NCBI GenBank assembly: GCA_036525795.1
Contig: DATCZS010000123.1
Coordinates: 10,717 to 74,716, forward strand
DNA from: Acidimicrobiia bacterium
Lineage (GTDB): Bacteria; Actinomycetota; Acidimicrobiia; Spongiisociales; ZC4RG35
Reading direction: 5' to 3'
DNA length: 64,000 nucleotides
The notes under the pieces: generated by a model
Told to the model about the DNA's origin: nothing
Database searches by the model: none
What the model saw: only the letters and a program-made list of their open reading frames with translations
Shown here: piece after piece, positions 1-9,986 of the stretch
Layout: each line of letters begins with the position of its first letter
How positions within the stretch are numbered: the stretch's first letter is position 1
Program-made: the position numbers and the translations under genes

Positions 1-528
1 ATGATCCCGCTGGTGTCCACGGTGCGTGAGCTCAGCCGGATGCGCGAGATGATCGAAGGCATCATGGACCGCGTGGCCAACGAGACCGGCCACGCACTCC
101 ACATTCCGATCGGCACGATGATCGAGCTTCCGAGGGCCGCATTGACCGCAGCGGAGATCGCCGGGGTGGCCGAGTTCTTCTCGTTCGGTACCAACGACCT
201 GACCCAGATGACCTTCGGTCTCAGCCGCGACGACGCAGAAGGCCTGTTCCTCGGCGACTACCTCGAACGCGGGATTCTGACCAGCGACCCCTTCCAGACC
301 ATCGACGTCGAAGGCGTCGGCCGTCTGATCCGGCTGGCTGTGGAAGAGGGGCGGCGCGCCAACCCTCTCATCCAGCTCGGCGTATGCGGCGAGCACGGGG
401 GTGACCCCGCTTCGATCGCCTTCTGCCGTGAGGTGGGCCTCGACTACGTGTCCTGCAGCCCTCCCCGCATCCATGTCGCCCGCCTCGCCGCCGCACAGGC
501 CGAGTTGCCGCCCCCCGAACGGGACTGA
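1..528 (+). CDS. ppdK: Pyruvate, phosphate dikinase, C-terminal fragment (5' end lies outside the window)
   Basis: PEP-utilising-enzyme C-terminal motifs ([25 protein letters not shown]). The ORF is open at the window start. Confidence 0.8.
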   Translation: MIPLVSTVRELSRMREMIEGIMDRVANETGHALHIPIGTMIELPRAALTAAEIAGVAEFFSFGTNDLTQMTFGLSRDDAEGLFLGDYLERGILTSDPFQTIDVEGVGRLIRLAVEEGRRANPLIQLGVCGEHGGDPASIAFCREVGLDYVSCSPPRIHVARLAAAQAELPPPERD

Positions 529-644
529 ACGTCAGAGATGCGAAACGAGAGGCCCGGCCTGCGCCGCGGCGAGCCCGGTTTTTGGGAACCTCGGCTGCCG
601 CTGCGCCCCTCGACCTGACGTCGGACGCCTGACCGGGCGGTCCT

Positions 645-1604
645 CTACCCGAGTTCCCTCGCCGCCGTCCACGGATCGGTCGCCCGGTCGATGACGCGGG
701 AGACGATCTCCTCAGGGATGGGTCGCGAATGGATCTCGGCGGCCAGGCGAGCCGTGATCGCGCGGCGAATGGTGAGCTCGAGCTGTCGACGCCTCCGAAG
801 GGAACCCGCCGTCCCGGACAGGTGGATGCGATGGTCATCGATCGCTGCCAGCACCCCATCGACTCCCTCGCCGGTGACGGCCGAACACGCCACGGTCGGC
901 GGCTGCCAGGCGCGGTCCGGTCCCAGCTCCAGCATCTGCGCCAGTTCGCGCATCACCTGATCGGCCCCGCCGAGGTCGGCCTTGTTGACCGCGAACACGT
1001 CGCCGATTTCGAGGATCCCGGCCTTGGCTGCCTGGACCCCGTCACCCCATGCCGGTGTGAGCACCACGACGCAGGTGTCGGCGGTCTCGACCACCTCGAT
1101 CTCGCTCTGACCCACCCCCACCGTCTCTACCAGGATCGGGTCGAATCCGGCGGCATCGAAAAGCGCCACCACCTGTGCGGTGGCGTCTGCCAGGCCTCCG
1201 AGGTGGCCGCGGCTCGACATCGACCGGACGTACACCCCTTCGTCGCCCACGTGATCCTGCATACGGATGCGGTCACCGAGCAGCGCTCCTCCGGTGAACG
1301 GGCTTGCCGGGTCGACCGCCACCACCCCGACGAGTCGATCCGACGCGCGATATCCGGCGATCAACCGGTCGACCAGGGTGGACTTGCCTGCACCGGGCGA
1401 GCCGGTGATCCCCACGATGTGGGCACCCCCGCCGCGGGCGTACGCCTCTGCAACGATTGCGTCTGCCCCGGCCCGGCGGTCCTCCACCACAGAGATCGCC
1501 CGTGCCAGCGCCCGGCGGTCGCCACCGGCCAGCGCATCCACGAGCGAGCCGGGTTCGGTGGGGGCGGGCATCGCGGAGAGGGTAGTGACCGGCCGGCGTC
1601 CCAT
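645..1604 (-). CDS. meaB: Methylmalonyl-CoA mutase-associated GTPase MeaB/ArgK
   Basis: P-loop GITGSPGAGKST, NKAD motif, about 319 aa, overall MeaB-like layout. Confidence 0.8.
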   Translation of the reverse strand: MGRRPVTTLSAMPAPTEPGSLVDALAGGDRRALARAISVVEDRRAGADAIVAEAYARGGGAHIVGITGSPGAGKSTLVDRLIAGYRASDRLVGVVAVDPASPFTGGALLGDRIRMQDHVGDEGVYVRSMSSRGHLGGLADATAQVVALFDAAGFDPILVETVGVGQSEIEVVETADTCVVVLTPAWGDGVQAAKAGILEIGDVFAVNKADLGGADQVMRELAQMLELGPDRAWQPPTVACSAVTGEGVDGVLAAIDDHRIHLSGTAGSLRRRRQLELTIRRAITARLAAEIHSRPIPEEIVSRVIDRATDPWTAARELG

Positions 1605-1614
1605 CCGGAAGGGT

Positions 1615-1944
1615 TCAGGCCGAGGCGACGACCTCTTCGACCCCCGGCACCCGATCCTTGAGGATCCGCTCGATGCCCGCCTTCAAGGTCATCATCGACA
1701 TGGGGCATCCACCGCATGCGCCCACCATCTGCAGGCTCACGGTGCCGTCATCGACTCCCAGAAGGACGATGTCCCCTCCATCCATCTGCACCGCCGGGCG
1801 GATGTAGTCGAGGGTCGCCTCGAGCTTGGCGATGTCGATCTCACCGGCGGTCTCTTCCGAGCCGCGGGCGCTTGAGCTGATCTGAACGGGAGTCGTTGTC
1901 TGGTCCATTGGTATCTGGTCCGTTGGAATGGGGTCCGTCGGCAT
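1615..1944 (-). CDS. NifU/Nfu-like Fe-S cluster assembly scaffold (short form)
   Basis: C-terminal NifU-like domain with a GACGGC motif. The tool ORF is over-extended in the 5' direction; I trimmed it to the internal Met (MPTDPIPTDQ...). Confidence 0.6.
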   Translation of the reverse strand: MPTDPIPTDQIPMDQTTTPVQISSSARGSEETAGEIDIAKLEATLDYIRPAVQMDGGDIVLLGVDDGTVSLQMVGACGGCPMSMMTLKAGIERILKDRVPGVEEVVASA

Positions 1945-1997
1945 CGCGGATGGTAGTGCCGGTGCAGCGACTTCTCTCAACGCCCTTCCGGCTCCGT

Positions 1998-3611
1998 TCA
2001 TTCCGCCCGCGACAGCAGGCGCAGCCGGCCCCGGTCCGATCCGAGCGAGGATCGAGCCTCGACGGTGATCGTCACCGCCTGCTCGCCACCGAAGCCGAGG
2101 GCCTTCAAGTCGATGGTGATCACTCCTGCCTCCGACAGCGCGGCGCCCGAGTCGTACCTGCGCCCTCGATCGCCCACCACCAGCACCCGCACCTCGGCCG
2201 CCGTGGCCGAGTCGACCCTCACCTTCGCCACGCGGCCCGATGCGTCGAAATCGAGGCGCCACCCGCCGATCGACGGCGGGAGCCCGAGACCGATCGGCGG
2301 CGTGACCAGGACCCGGTCGTCGGTCGACGCCACCCTCCAAGAGCCGAGCTGATCCTCCGCCACGACGCGCCCGTCCACGACCACCCGGACCGGGCCGTCG
2401 GGGACGACGACCACCTCCTCGAGGTCCGTGGCGAGCCCCACGCGCACCCGGTCGGGAAGGACGTTCGACCCGAGCAGCGGACGCAGCCCGCCGTAGTAGT
2501 GGGCCAGGATCTCGTCGTATGAGGCTCCGGCGGCGGCCATCGCCTCGGCCCCGAACTGACTCATCCCCACCAGGTGCCCCCACCCGCCGCCCTGCACCTC
2601 GAACCGCGGCTCCCACTCCAGGGGATTGCGGTAGCGGGGTACCCCGTATCGGTACTCGTCGAAGGCGGCGAAGATCGTGGAGATGGTGAAGCCGGGCGAC
2701 ATGATCGTCTGCGGGTACCGGCGTCCCGATCCCGGCCGAAACGCCGGAAACCGGTCGGGGTAGAGCTCGGCCGCCGCCCGGTTGATTCGCGAGCGCAACG
2801 ACCAGGTGTCGATCGAGGAGGCGCCATCGGTCCCGACGATCGTCACCTCCCACGGACCCGGCCCCGAGCGCTCGGTCGAGATCCTCGCCAGCTCGCCGGA
2901 GACGAGCCCGGCATGGCGCAACAGCCGGTTCATCACCGCGTACGGCACCGAGAACGACCACTCCACGAACGGTGACGACTCACCAGGCGAATCCACAGAA
3001 CGCAGGTAGGGCACCGCAGGCGAACCCACGAACACGTCCTCGACATCGCGGGTCCGCCCGTCCGACGTGGAGCTGTAGAGCGCCTGAGCGGGCGCGCCCT
3101 CGAACAGGAGGACCTCGGAGCGGGTCGACTCGACCGCCGCGCGCCACCGGTCGCCGTCTGGGCCACCCACGGCGGCAAGCCCGGCATACACCTGGCAGGC
3201 GACGGTGGCGCAGATGTCGTATCCGAATCGACGGCCGTTGGCGCTCCTCCCCCGATCGAGGGTCCACGCCAGGTAGGTTCGGGCGGCGACCGCCTGGGCT
3301 CTGAGCGCTTCCGCCGGCCAGGAGAACGGCACCTCCCGGATCCCCAACAGGTAGCGGTCCACCGTGGTCTCCTCGACCATTGCGAGCCCGCCGACGTGGC
3401 CCTCGAGGCTGAGCTCACCGGCGTAGATGCGGTCGGCCACCCCGAGCCGGGTGTCACCGAGCGGCTCGATCACCACCTCGCGGGCGAGGATGCGATCGTC
3501 GTCGACCGTCTGGGCGACGGCGAGCGGCGGAGCGACGGCCATTGCCGCCGCCAGTACCACCACACCGGAGGCCTGACGCCTCCTGCGCCTACCGGCGGGT
3601 GATCTCGGCAC
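1998..3611 (-). CDS. SpoIID/LytB domain protein (secreted; signal peptide with an Arg-rich N-region)
   Basis: AARTYLAW and [13 protein letters not shown] motifs typical of SpoIID/LytB amidase-enhancer domains. The N-terminus is [26 protein letters not shown]. Confidence 0.75.
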   Translation of the reverse strand: MPRSPAGRRRRRQASGVVVLAAAMAVAPPLAVAQTVDDDRILAREVVIEPLGDTRLGVADRIYAGELSLEGHVGGLAMVEETTVDRYLLGIREVPFSWPAEALRAQAVAARTYLAWTLDRGRSANGRRFGYDICATVACQVYAGLAAVGGPDGDRWRAAVESTRSEVLLFEGAPAQALYSSTSDGRTRDVEDVFVGSPAVPYLRSVDSPGESSPFVEWSFSVPYAVMNRLLRHAGLVSGELARISTERSGPGPWEVTIVGTDGASSIDTWSLRSRINRAAAELYPDRFPAFRPGSGRRYPQTIMSPGFTISTIFAAFDEYRYGVPRYRNPLEWEPRFEVQGGGWGHLVGMSQFGAEAMAAAGASYDEILAHYYGGLRPLLGSNVLPDRVRVGLATDLEEVVVVPDGPVRVVVDGRVVAEDQLGSWRVASTDDRVLVTPPIGLGLPPSIGGWRLDFDASGRVAKVRVDSATAAEVRVLVVGDRGRRYDSGAALSEAGVITIDLKALGFGGEQAVTITVEARSSLGSDRGRLRLLSRAE

Positions 3612-4845
3612 CGAGCGAGGCGAGTCTCCCCACGAAATTCTCGTACCCCCTGTCGATGTGATGGGCGTCTCCGACCACGGTCTCCCCGTCCGCCCGCAAC
3701 CCGGCCAGGACCAGCGCCGCCCCCGCCCGGATGTCAGGAGCGAGCACGGGCGCCCCGGACAGCCGCTCCACCCCGCGGATCACGGCGTGCTGCCACTCGG
3801 TGGTGATGTCCGCCCCCATCCTCGCCAGCTCGCCGACGTAGCGGAACCGGGCGTCGTACAGGTTCTCGGTGACCACCGACGTGCCGTCGGCGGTGGCGAG
3901 ATAGGCGACCATCTGCGGCTGCATGTCCGTGTGGAAGCCAGGAAAGGGGAGGGTGGCCAGATCCACCGCCTTCGGCCGGTCCGGTCCGCGCACTCGCAGC
4001 CATCCGTCGCCGCGTTCGATCCCGGCACCCGTCTCCTCGAGTTTGATCAGCTCCATTCGCAGTAGATCGGGCTGACAACCCGTCACCGTCACATCACCAC
4101 GGGAGATGGCTCCCGCCACCGCATAGGTGCCGGCCTCGAGCCGGTCGGGGATGACCCGGTGTGCGGAAGGGCGCAGCTCCGACACTCCCTCGATGTGGAT
4201 GATGGCGGTGCCCTCCCCTGCGATCCGTGCCCCCATCCCCCTGAGCATCCGGCACAGGTCGACGATCTCCGGCTCGCGGGCGGCGTTGACGATCACCGTC
4301 TCCCCCTGGGCCAGGGTTGCGGCCAGGAGGACGTTCTCGGTGGCCCCCACGCTGGGAAACGGGAGTTCGACCTCTGATCCCCGCAGCCGTCCGTCGACGG
4401 CGCCATGCAACTCGCCGTGCACGAGTTCGAACGAGGCCCCCATCTGCTCCAGTCCGCCGAGGTGGAAGTCGATCGGCCGGGCGCCCAGATCGTCACCGCC
4501 GGGCAGGGCGACGCGCGCCTCGCCGCATCGGGCCAGCATCGGGCCGAGCACGACGATGGAGGCGCGCATCTGCCTGACGAGATCGATCGGGGCTTCCGGC
4601 GTGATGATCTGCGGCACGACGACGCTCAGTTCGTGGCCGGTGAGGTCGCAATGCGCACCGACGTGTCTGAGCACCTCGCCCATCAGCTCCACGTCGAGGA
4701 TGCCGGGGACGTTGTCGATCTTGTGACGTCCCGGGGCCAGCAATGTTGCCGCCATCACCTTGAGGACGGCGTTCTTGGCCCCGAGCACACCGACCGTCCC
4801 CCGGAGTGGGGCGCCACCGACGACGTGGATCTCGCTCACGTCCAT
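3589..4845 (-). CDS. murA: UDP-N-acetylglucosamine 1-carboxyvinyltransferase
   Basis: Full-length EPSP-synthase-fold protein of 418 aa that starts [16 protein letters not shown], typical of MurA. Confidence 0.85.
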   Translation of the reverse strand: MDVSEIHVVGGAPLRGTVGVLGAKNAVLKVMAATLLAPGRHKIDNVPGILDVELMGEVLRHVGAHCDLTGHELSVVVPQIITPEAPIDLVRQMRASIVVLGPMLARCGEARVALPGGDDLGARPIDFHLGGLEQMGASFELVHGELHGAVDGRLRGSEVELPFPSVGATENVLLAATLAQGETVIVNAAREPEIVDLCRMLRGMGARIAGEGTAIIHIEGVSELRPSAHRVIPDRLEAGTYAVAGAISRGDVTVTGCQPDLLRMELIKLEETGAGIERGDGWLRVRGPDRPKAVDLATLPFPGFHTDMQPQMVAYLATADGTSVVTENLYDARFRYVGELARMGADITTEWQHAVIRGVERLSGAPVLAPDIRAGAALVLAGLRADGETVVGDAHHIDRGYENFVGRLASLGAEITRR

Positions 4846-4942
4846 GACGGTAGCGGTGGGGACCGCCAGTGCCGTCTACCCCGGCGGCCGGCCCGCGGCA
4901 GGCCGGTGACTCCGGCAGTTGCCGGCCACTACGCTCACCTGC

Positions 4943-5383
4943 ATGCGCGTCGCACTCGGATCGGATCACGCAGGCTATGCCCTCAAGCAGGTGCTCGCCG
5001 TGGCGCTGGCAGACGCCGGCCAGCCGGTGTTCGATCTCGGCACCCACGACGAGGAGTCGGTGGACTACCCCGACTATGCGGCCGCAGTCGGACGGGCCGT
5101 CGCCGATGGACGCGCCGACCGGGGGATCGTCGTGTGTGGATCGGGAGCGGGGGCGTGCATCGCCGCCAACAAGCTGAAGGGGATCAGGGCCGCCACCGCC
5201 CACGACACCTACACCGCCCACCAGATGGTCGAGCACGACGACGTCAACGTGCTGTGCCTCGGGAGCCGTGTGATCGGCGAAGCGGTGGCCCTGGAGGTCG
5301 TGACGACATTTCTCGCAGCCCGTTTCAGCAACGAGGAGCGCCACGTCCGTCGCCTGAACAAGGTGATTGCACTGGAGGGCTGA
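4943..5383 (+). CDS. rpiB: Ribose-5-phosphate isomerase B
   Basis: [16 protein letters not shown]-terminus and a CGSGAG motif, about 146 aa (RpiB/LacAB family). Confidence 0.85.
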   Translation: MRVALGSDHAGYALKQVLAVALADAGQPVFDLGTHDEESVDYPDYAAAVGRAVADGRADRGIVVCGSGAGACIAANKLKGIRAATAHDTYTAHQMVEHDDVNVLCLGSRVIGEAVALEVVTTFLAARFSNEERHVRRLNKVIALEG

Positions 5384-5408
5384 GAGCCCTTTTCGGCGCC
5401 TCGTCAGG

Positions 5409-5984
5409 TCAGCGGGAGGCGGCGATGTCGAGCAACTGGAGGATGCCCTCTCGCCCGATCTCACCGGCAAGGCGCCCGGACACGACGCCATCGGAACCGA
5501 CCACCGCCCAGAACGGGAAGGACGTCACGCCATAGGCAGCGGCGGCGCTGTTCCGCTGGTCGTCGAAGATCAGCGGCGAACTCCATCCCTCGCGCTCCAG
5601 CCAGGCCCCCGGCGGGTAGTTGACCTGGGTCTCATTGGTGGAGGTCGCCACACCCACCACCCTGAGGTCCTGCGGCACCAGCCCTTCGTCGACGATCGCC
5701 TGCAGGACCGGGACCTCGTTGCGGCAATGGGAGCACCAGTGCGCCAGAAACACCAGCACGGTCGGCCCCTGGCCGGGCGTGAAGGTGTAGTCGTCGCCCT
5801 GGATCGACGGCGCCGGCATCCCGACCGCACCATCGGACCCGGCTTCGTATGCCGGCAGCGGGTCGCCGACGACGCCGACGGTTCCGAACGCCGTGCGGTT
5901 CGAGGTATCGCCGTCCGATCCTCCTCCACCTGCCAGCACGAGGGCGACCGCCACCACCGCCAACCCCACGACTCCCAACCACAT
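5409..5984 (-). CDS. TlpA/ResA-like thiol:disulfide oxidoreductase, membrane-anchored
   Basis: Thioredoxin-fold WCSHC active site and an N-terminal transmembrane helix. The tool ORF was trimmed to MWLGVVGLAVV. Confidence 0.7.
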   Translation of the reverse strand: MWLGVVGLAVVAVALVLAGGGGSDGDTSNRTAFGTVGVVGDPLPAYEAGSDGAVGMPAPSIQGDDYTFTPGQGPTVLVFLAHWCSHCRNEVPVLQAIVDEGLVPQDLRVVGVATSTNETQVNYPPGAWLEREGWSSPLIFDDQRNSAAAAYGVTSFPFWAVVGSDGVVSGRLAGEIGREGILQLLDIAASR

Positions 5985-5992
5985 CCAGTTCT

Positions 5993-6514
5993 TCACGGCT
6001 GCACCTCTTGGGTATCCAGCGCGGCCGCCAGCCACGCGAACGCCAGTATCGCCAGGAACCCGGCGAGCGCCATGAACGGGATCGTGACGAACCCGAACTC
6101 CTCCACATAGCGCACCGAGCAGGGGATGCCGAGGACGCACGCCCCGATGTCGACAGGCGTCCACTGTTCGATCAGGTGGATGATGCTGATCGTCGCTCCG
6201 ACTCCCGCCAGCGACGCCGCGTACCGAAACGCGCGGCCGTCTGCGAACACGATCGCCAGTCCGAAGACCAGCACCAACGGATACATGGCGATCCGCTGAT
6301 ACCAGCACAGGACGCACGGTTCCATGTTGTAGACCTCGGAATAGCCCAGGCTGCCCAGCGTCGAGGCGAGCGCAACCGCCAGTCCGCCGGAGAGGGCCAT
6401 GCGAACCGTGAACCCGCCTGCCAGGCGCCGGCGAAACACCACGACGACGAACGCCCCGGCCAGCGCCATCAGCGCCAACAGGGACGTGAAACGGGCGTAG
6501 GAAGCTGCACTCAT
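5993..6514 (-). CDS. Disulfide bond formation protein B (DsbB/BdbC family)
   Basis: Four-TM protein with CVLCWYQR and a second Cys pair (GACVLGIPC). The ORF was trimmed to MSAASYARF. It lies immediately upstream of the thioredoxin gene. Confidence 0.65.
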   Translation of the reverse strand: MSAASYARFTSLLALMALAGAFVVVVFRRRLAGGFTVRMALSGGLAVALASTLGSLGYSEVYNMEPCVLCWYQRIAMYPLVLVFGLAIVFADGRAFRYAASLAGVGATISIIHLIEQWTPVDIGACVLGIPCSVRYVEEFGFVTIPFMALAGFLAILAFAWLAAALDTQEVQP

Positions 6515-6530
6515 CGGTTCATCTCGGACA

Positions 6531-6580
6531 TCGGCAGCCCCGACCAGGTTCGAACCGACGTTTCCGGCTTGAAAGGCCGG
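6531..6580 (-). repeat. 50-nt direct repeat equal to the 3' half of tRNA-Glu (anticodon stem through CCA region). It has no 5' half, so it reads as a partial tRNA copy or att-like scar.
   Basis: 6531-6580 matches 8380-8429 at 48 of 50 positions. The upstream sequence cannot supply acceptor or D arms. Confidence 0.75.
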
Positions 6581-6816
6581 AGCAGGCCCGATCCAGACAT
6601 TCTGACCATGAGGGAGAACTCTAAACCGGCCTCGTAGACCCGATTCATTCCGCTCAGTCGTGGACACGGATTCGAGCGATGTTCAGACCTCACACGGCCC
6701 GGACCGCCAAACAAACCCGTTCCGACCGCCGCTCCGAAACAGCCATGGACACTGCCGCCACCCTCCGTGGTTCGCCGAGATCCGCGAACGCACGCGGACG
6801 GCTACGAGGTGGACAG

Positions 6817-8196
6817 TCAGCGGTCTACGGCGTAGACGCGCCACGACCCTGGCACGCCCCGCAGCTCGTGCTCGCCCCGGTCCACGAACGACACGCCCGA
6901 CCCGGCGCTGATGTCCCGCACCGAGCCCGACACCAGGATCTCCCCCGCTCCCGCCATCCCGGCGATCCGCGCCCCGATGTGCACCGCCAACCCGGCGATG
7001 TCGTCGCCAACCAACTCGACCTCGCCCGTGTGAACCCCCGCCCGCACCTCCAGCCCGTGGCGAACCGCCTCGTCGATGATCGCCTCCGCGCACCGGATCG
7101 CCCGCCCAGGCCCGTCGAACCGGGCGAGGAACCCGTCACCCGCCGACCCGACCTCGATCCCACGGTGGGCAGCGATCTCGCGTCTGGCGGCCGCATGGTG
7201 GGTTTCCAGCAGACCGCGCCACGCGGCGTCACCCATCCGGGCCGCCCGATCGGTCGAGCCCACGAGGTCGGTGAACAGCACGGTGGCCAGCACCCGCTCC
7301 GCCTCGGGCTCCATCCGTTCACCGGTGAGGAACTCCCGAATGTCGGGGACCACGGCCTCGGGCTTCATCCAGGCCAGGTGCTCGGTCCCCGACCGTTCGA
7401 CCAACCGGCCCCCGGGAATGTGCTCGGCGAGGTACCGGCCGCTCTCGATCGGCACCACCCGGTCACCGATGCAGTGGAGGACGAGCGCCGGGACGCGGAT
7501 ACTCGGAAGGACCGACCGGACGTCGATCTCACGGGACGCGAGCTGCCATGCGAGAGCCTCTCGGGGACTGGCGGCGTTGCGGAGCAGACGCGAGAGGTGC
7601 TCGGTCGCCCACGCCGGGTCGTCCAAATCCTCGCCGAAGAGGCCGATCGCCCACCCTTCGGACGCCGAGCCCCAGCGGTCCTTGAAGCTGGCGAGGTACT
7701 CCTCGAACCATTCGTCGTCGCCATCGCCCCAGGGCCATTCTTCGTCGGACCGCTCGCGGACTTCGGCGCCCTGGAGCACGAGATGGGTGACCCGCTCGGG
7801 GTGGGCGGCGGCGAAGAGCATCGAGAGCGGCCCACCCTCCGACTCGCCCATGACGGCAGCCCGCTCGATGCCGGCGTGGTCGAGGACGGCGCGGATGTCG
7901 TCCATGCGTGTCTCGAGCGGGGTGCCCGGGGTGCCACGCGACGAAAGACCCATGCCGCGCTTGTCGTAGACGATGAGCCGGCAGAACTCCCCCAGCGCCT
8001 CGGAGAAGCGACGGAAGAGCGGAAATGCCCAGTTGACGTCGAGATGGCTGACATACCCGAGGGTCCAGATGAGCGGGATGTCGCCCTCACCCGTGATCGT
8101 GTAGGCGATGTCGGCCTCATCGGCGGGCGCGTAGTGGATCTCGGGCATGGAGTCAGGGTACCCATTCGTCGCGATCGTCCTCATTGGTCGGTCCAC
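6817..8196 (-). CDS. Alpha/beta-hydrolase fused to a class III adenylate/guanylate cyclase catalytic domain (LipJ/Rv1900c-like)
   Basis: The N-terminal half is an alpha/beta hydrolase fold. The C-terminal half has cyclase-homology-domain motifs (VLFTDLVGST, GDGFLARF, RAGVHTGEVE). Confidence 0.8.
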   Translation of the reverse strand: MDRPMRTIATNGYPDSMPEIHYAPADEADIAYTITGEGDIPLIWTLGYVSHLDVNWAFPLFRRFSEALGEFCRLIVYDKRGMGLSSRGTPGTPLETRMDDIRAVLDHAGIERAAVMGESEGGPLSMLFAAAHPERVTHLVLQGAEVRERSDEEWPWGDGDDEWFEEYLASFKDRWGSASEGWAIGLFGEDLDDPAWATEHLSRLLRNAASPREALAWQLASREIDVRSVLPSIRVPALVLHCIGDRVVPIESGRYLAEHIPGGRLVERSGTEHLAWMKPEAVVPDIREFLTGERMEPEAERVLATVLFTDLVGSTDRAARMGDAAWRGLLETHHAAARREIAAHRGIEVGSAGDGFLARFDGPGRAIRCAEAIIDEAVRHGLEVRAGVHTGEVELVGDDIAGLAVHIGARIAGMAGAGEILVSGSVRDISAGSGVSFVDRGEHELRGVPGSWRVYAVDR

Positions 8197-8381
8197 TGGA
8201 TCTGCTTCTGCGGGCGGTTCGACGCCGCCTCATCGGATGCGTATGTCCGCGGAAGGAGAGACCAAACTCGGGGGCACCGCCAACCCGCGGCCAGCCGCCC
8301 AAAGCGGCCCGGCCGGGCGAATCCGGGGAATCGACGGAACGCAGGTCCGTGAAGCGCCCACCACAGCAGGCGATGTGAATC

Positions 8382-8456
8382 GGCAGCCCCGACCAGGTTC
8401 GAACTGGCGTTTCCGGCTTGAAAGGCCGGCGTCCTAGACCACTGGACGACGGGGCC
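8382..8456 (-). tRNA. tRNA-Glu (anticodon UUC)
   Basis: Hand-folded cloverleaf. Acceptor GGCCCCG/CGGGGCU, D arm GUCC..GGAC, anticodon stem CCGGC/GCCGG with loop CUUUCAA, T arm GCCAG-UUCGAAC-CUGGU, discriminator G, and CC encoded. Confidence 0.85.
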
Positions 8457-8464
8457 AGGTTGTA

Positions 8465-8482
8465 CGGGGGTCCGCCCCCGGG
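8465..8482 (-). terminator. GC-rich hairpin between gltX and tRNA-Glu, a candidate factor-independent terminator
   Basis: cgggggtccgcccccg forms a 6-bp G/C stem. There is no U-tract, which is common in high-GC actinobacteria. Confidence 0.3.
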
Positions 8483-8564
8483 ACAAGAGGCTAATCGGGC
8501 GGCAGGAGTGCCTCGACGCACCGGCGCTGCCGCGAACCCCGGTTCCGGTCGGTGACCTCCGAGG

Positions 8565-9986
8565 TCAGTCGAATCGCCGGCGGGCGGATCGGATCCGCTC
8601 CAGCGTACGGTCGGGGCCGAGAACGGCGATCGACTCGAACAGCGGCGGGCTGACCGTGGATCCGGTCACCGCCACCCGCACCGGCTGCAACCCCTTGCGG
8701 GCTCCGATCTGGAGTTGCTCGAGCATCGACCGCAGCGCCTGTTCCACCGACTCGTGATCGAAGGCCTCGAGCGCATCGAGCTTCTCGGCCGCCACGTCGA
8801 GCACCGCTCCCACCCCGTCGGCGGTCATCACCTTCTCCCACGACTCCTCCTCGATGGCGAGATCGTCCGTGTAGAGAAACGCCACCTGGGAGGGCACCTC
8901 GGTCAGCACCTTCGTCCGCTCCTGGACGAGAGGGGCGATGCGCTCGAACGTCGCCCGCTGGCCCTCGTCGGGAGGGTGGCCCAGCCCGGCGGCGAGGAAC
9001 GGCATCGCCTGTTCGATGAAGACGGCGGGCGGCATCGCCCGCAGATACTCGCCGTTCATCCACTGGAGCTTGTCCTCGTCGAAGATCGCCGGGTTCTTCG
9101 AGACCTTGTCGAGGTCGAACGCTCCAATCGCCTCGTCGACGGTGAAGATCGTGCGGTCCTCTCCCGGAGACCAGCCCAGCAGGGCGAGCGCGTTGAAGAT
9201 GGCGTCCCGGAGGTATCCCGCATCGATGTAGTGCCGCAACGAGGTATCGCCGTGGCGCTTCGACAGCTTCTTGCCGTCCGGGCCGAACAACAGCGGAAGG
9301 TGGGCGTAGACCGCCGGATCGGCGCCCATCGCCCGGGCGAGCAGGATGTGCTTGGGCGTCGACGACAGCAGGTCCTCGCCCCGCACCACGTGGGTGATGC
9401 CGTAGTCGACGTCGTCGACGGTGGACGCCAGGTGGTAGGTGGGCGTTCCGTCCGAGCGCAGGATCACGAAGTCGTCGACGCTGTCGGCCTCGAACCGCAT
9501 GTCGTCGCGAACCACATCGTGGAACTCGATGGCCTCATCTGCGGGGACCGCCATCCGAATGACCCCCGAGTCGGCCTCTTCTTCGAGACGGCGGATGTAG
9601 AAGCCGGGATGACGACCCTCCTTCTGCGCCTTGGTCCGCAACTCCTCGAGCAGCTCGGCGGGACGGTCGTCGTAGTAGGCGGCGCCCGACTCCACCAGGG
9701 ACTGTGCGACCTGGCGGTACCGCTCGAAACGATCCGACTGCCGGTACGTCCCGTGGGGACCGCCGACCTCCACCCCCTCGTCCCAGTCCAGCCCGAGCCA
9801 GCGGAGCGAGCCGAGGATGTCCTCCTCGAACCGGGCTTCGGACCGCTCGGTGTCGGTGTCGTCGATCCGAACGATGAAGGTGCCGCCGTGGTGGCGGGCG
9901 AAGAGCCAGTTGAACAGCGCCGAGCGGGCCGTGCCCACGTGCAGGAATCCGGTGGGCGACGGGGCGATGCGGACCCGCACGGTCAT
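8565..9986 (-). CDS. gltX: Glutamyl-tRNA synthetase
   Basis: Class I aaRS HIGH-like PSPTGFLHVGT and KLSKR (KMSKS) motifs. The ORF was trimmed to MTVRVRIAPSPTG. Its ATG overlaps the upstream gene's stop as ATGA. Confidence 0.9.
   Translation of the reverse strand: MTVRVRIAPSPTGFLHVGTARSALFNWLFARHHGGTFIVRIDDTDTERSEARFEEDILGSLRWLGLDWDEGVEVGGPHGTYRQSDRFERYRQVAQSLVESGAAYYDDRPAELLEELRTKAQKEGRHPGFYIRRLEEEADSGVIRMAVPADEAIEFHDVVRDDMRFEADSVDDFVILRSDGTPTYHLASTVDDVDYGITHVVRGEDLLSSTPKHILLARAMGADPAVYAHLPLLFGPDGKKLSKRHGDTSLRHYIDAGYLRDAIFNALALLGWSPGEDRTIFTVDEAIGAFDLDKVSKNPAIFDEDKLQWMNGEYLRAMPPAVFIEQAMPFLAAGLGHPPDEGQRATFERIAPLVQERTKVLTEVPSQVAFLYTDDLAIEEESWEKVMTADGVGAVLDVAAEKLDALEAFDHESVEQALRSMLEQLQIGARKGLQPVRVAVTGSTVSPPLFESIAVLGPDRTLERIRSARRRFD

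Noticed and set aside
6531-6610. Copy A of the tRNA-Glu-like sequence as a second complete tRNA gene
   Set aside because: Only the anticodon-stem-to-3'-end portion is conserved. The upstream 40 nt cannot form acceptor or D arms, and the T stem would need three G-U pairs.
6679-8352. Plus-strand 557-aa ORF covering the tRNA-associated insert
   Set aside because: The minus-strand frame carries clear alpha/beta-hydrolase and cyclase motifs. The plus-strand translation is low-complexity and Arg/Pro-rich.
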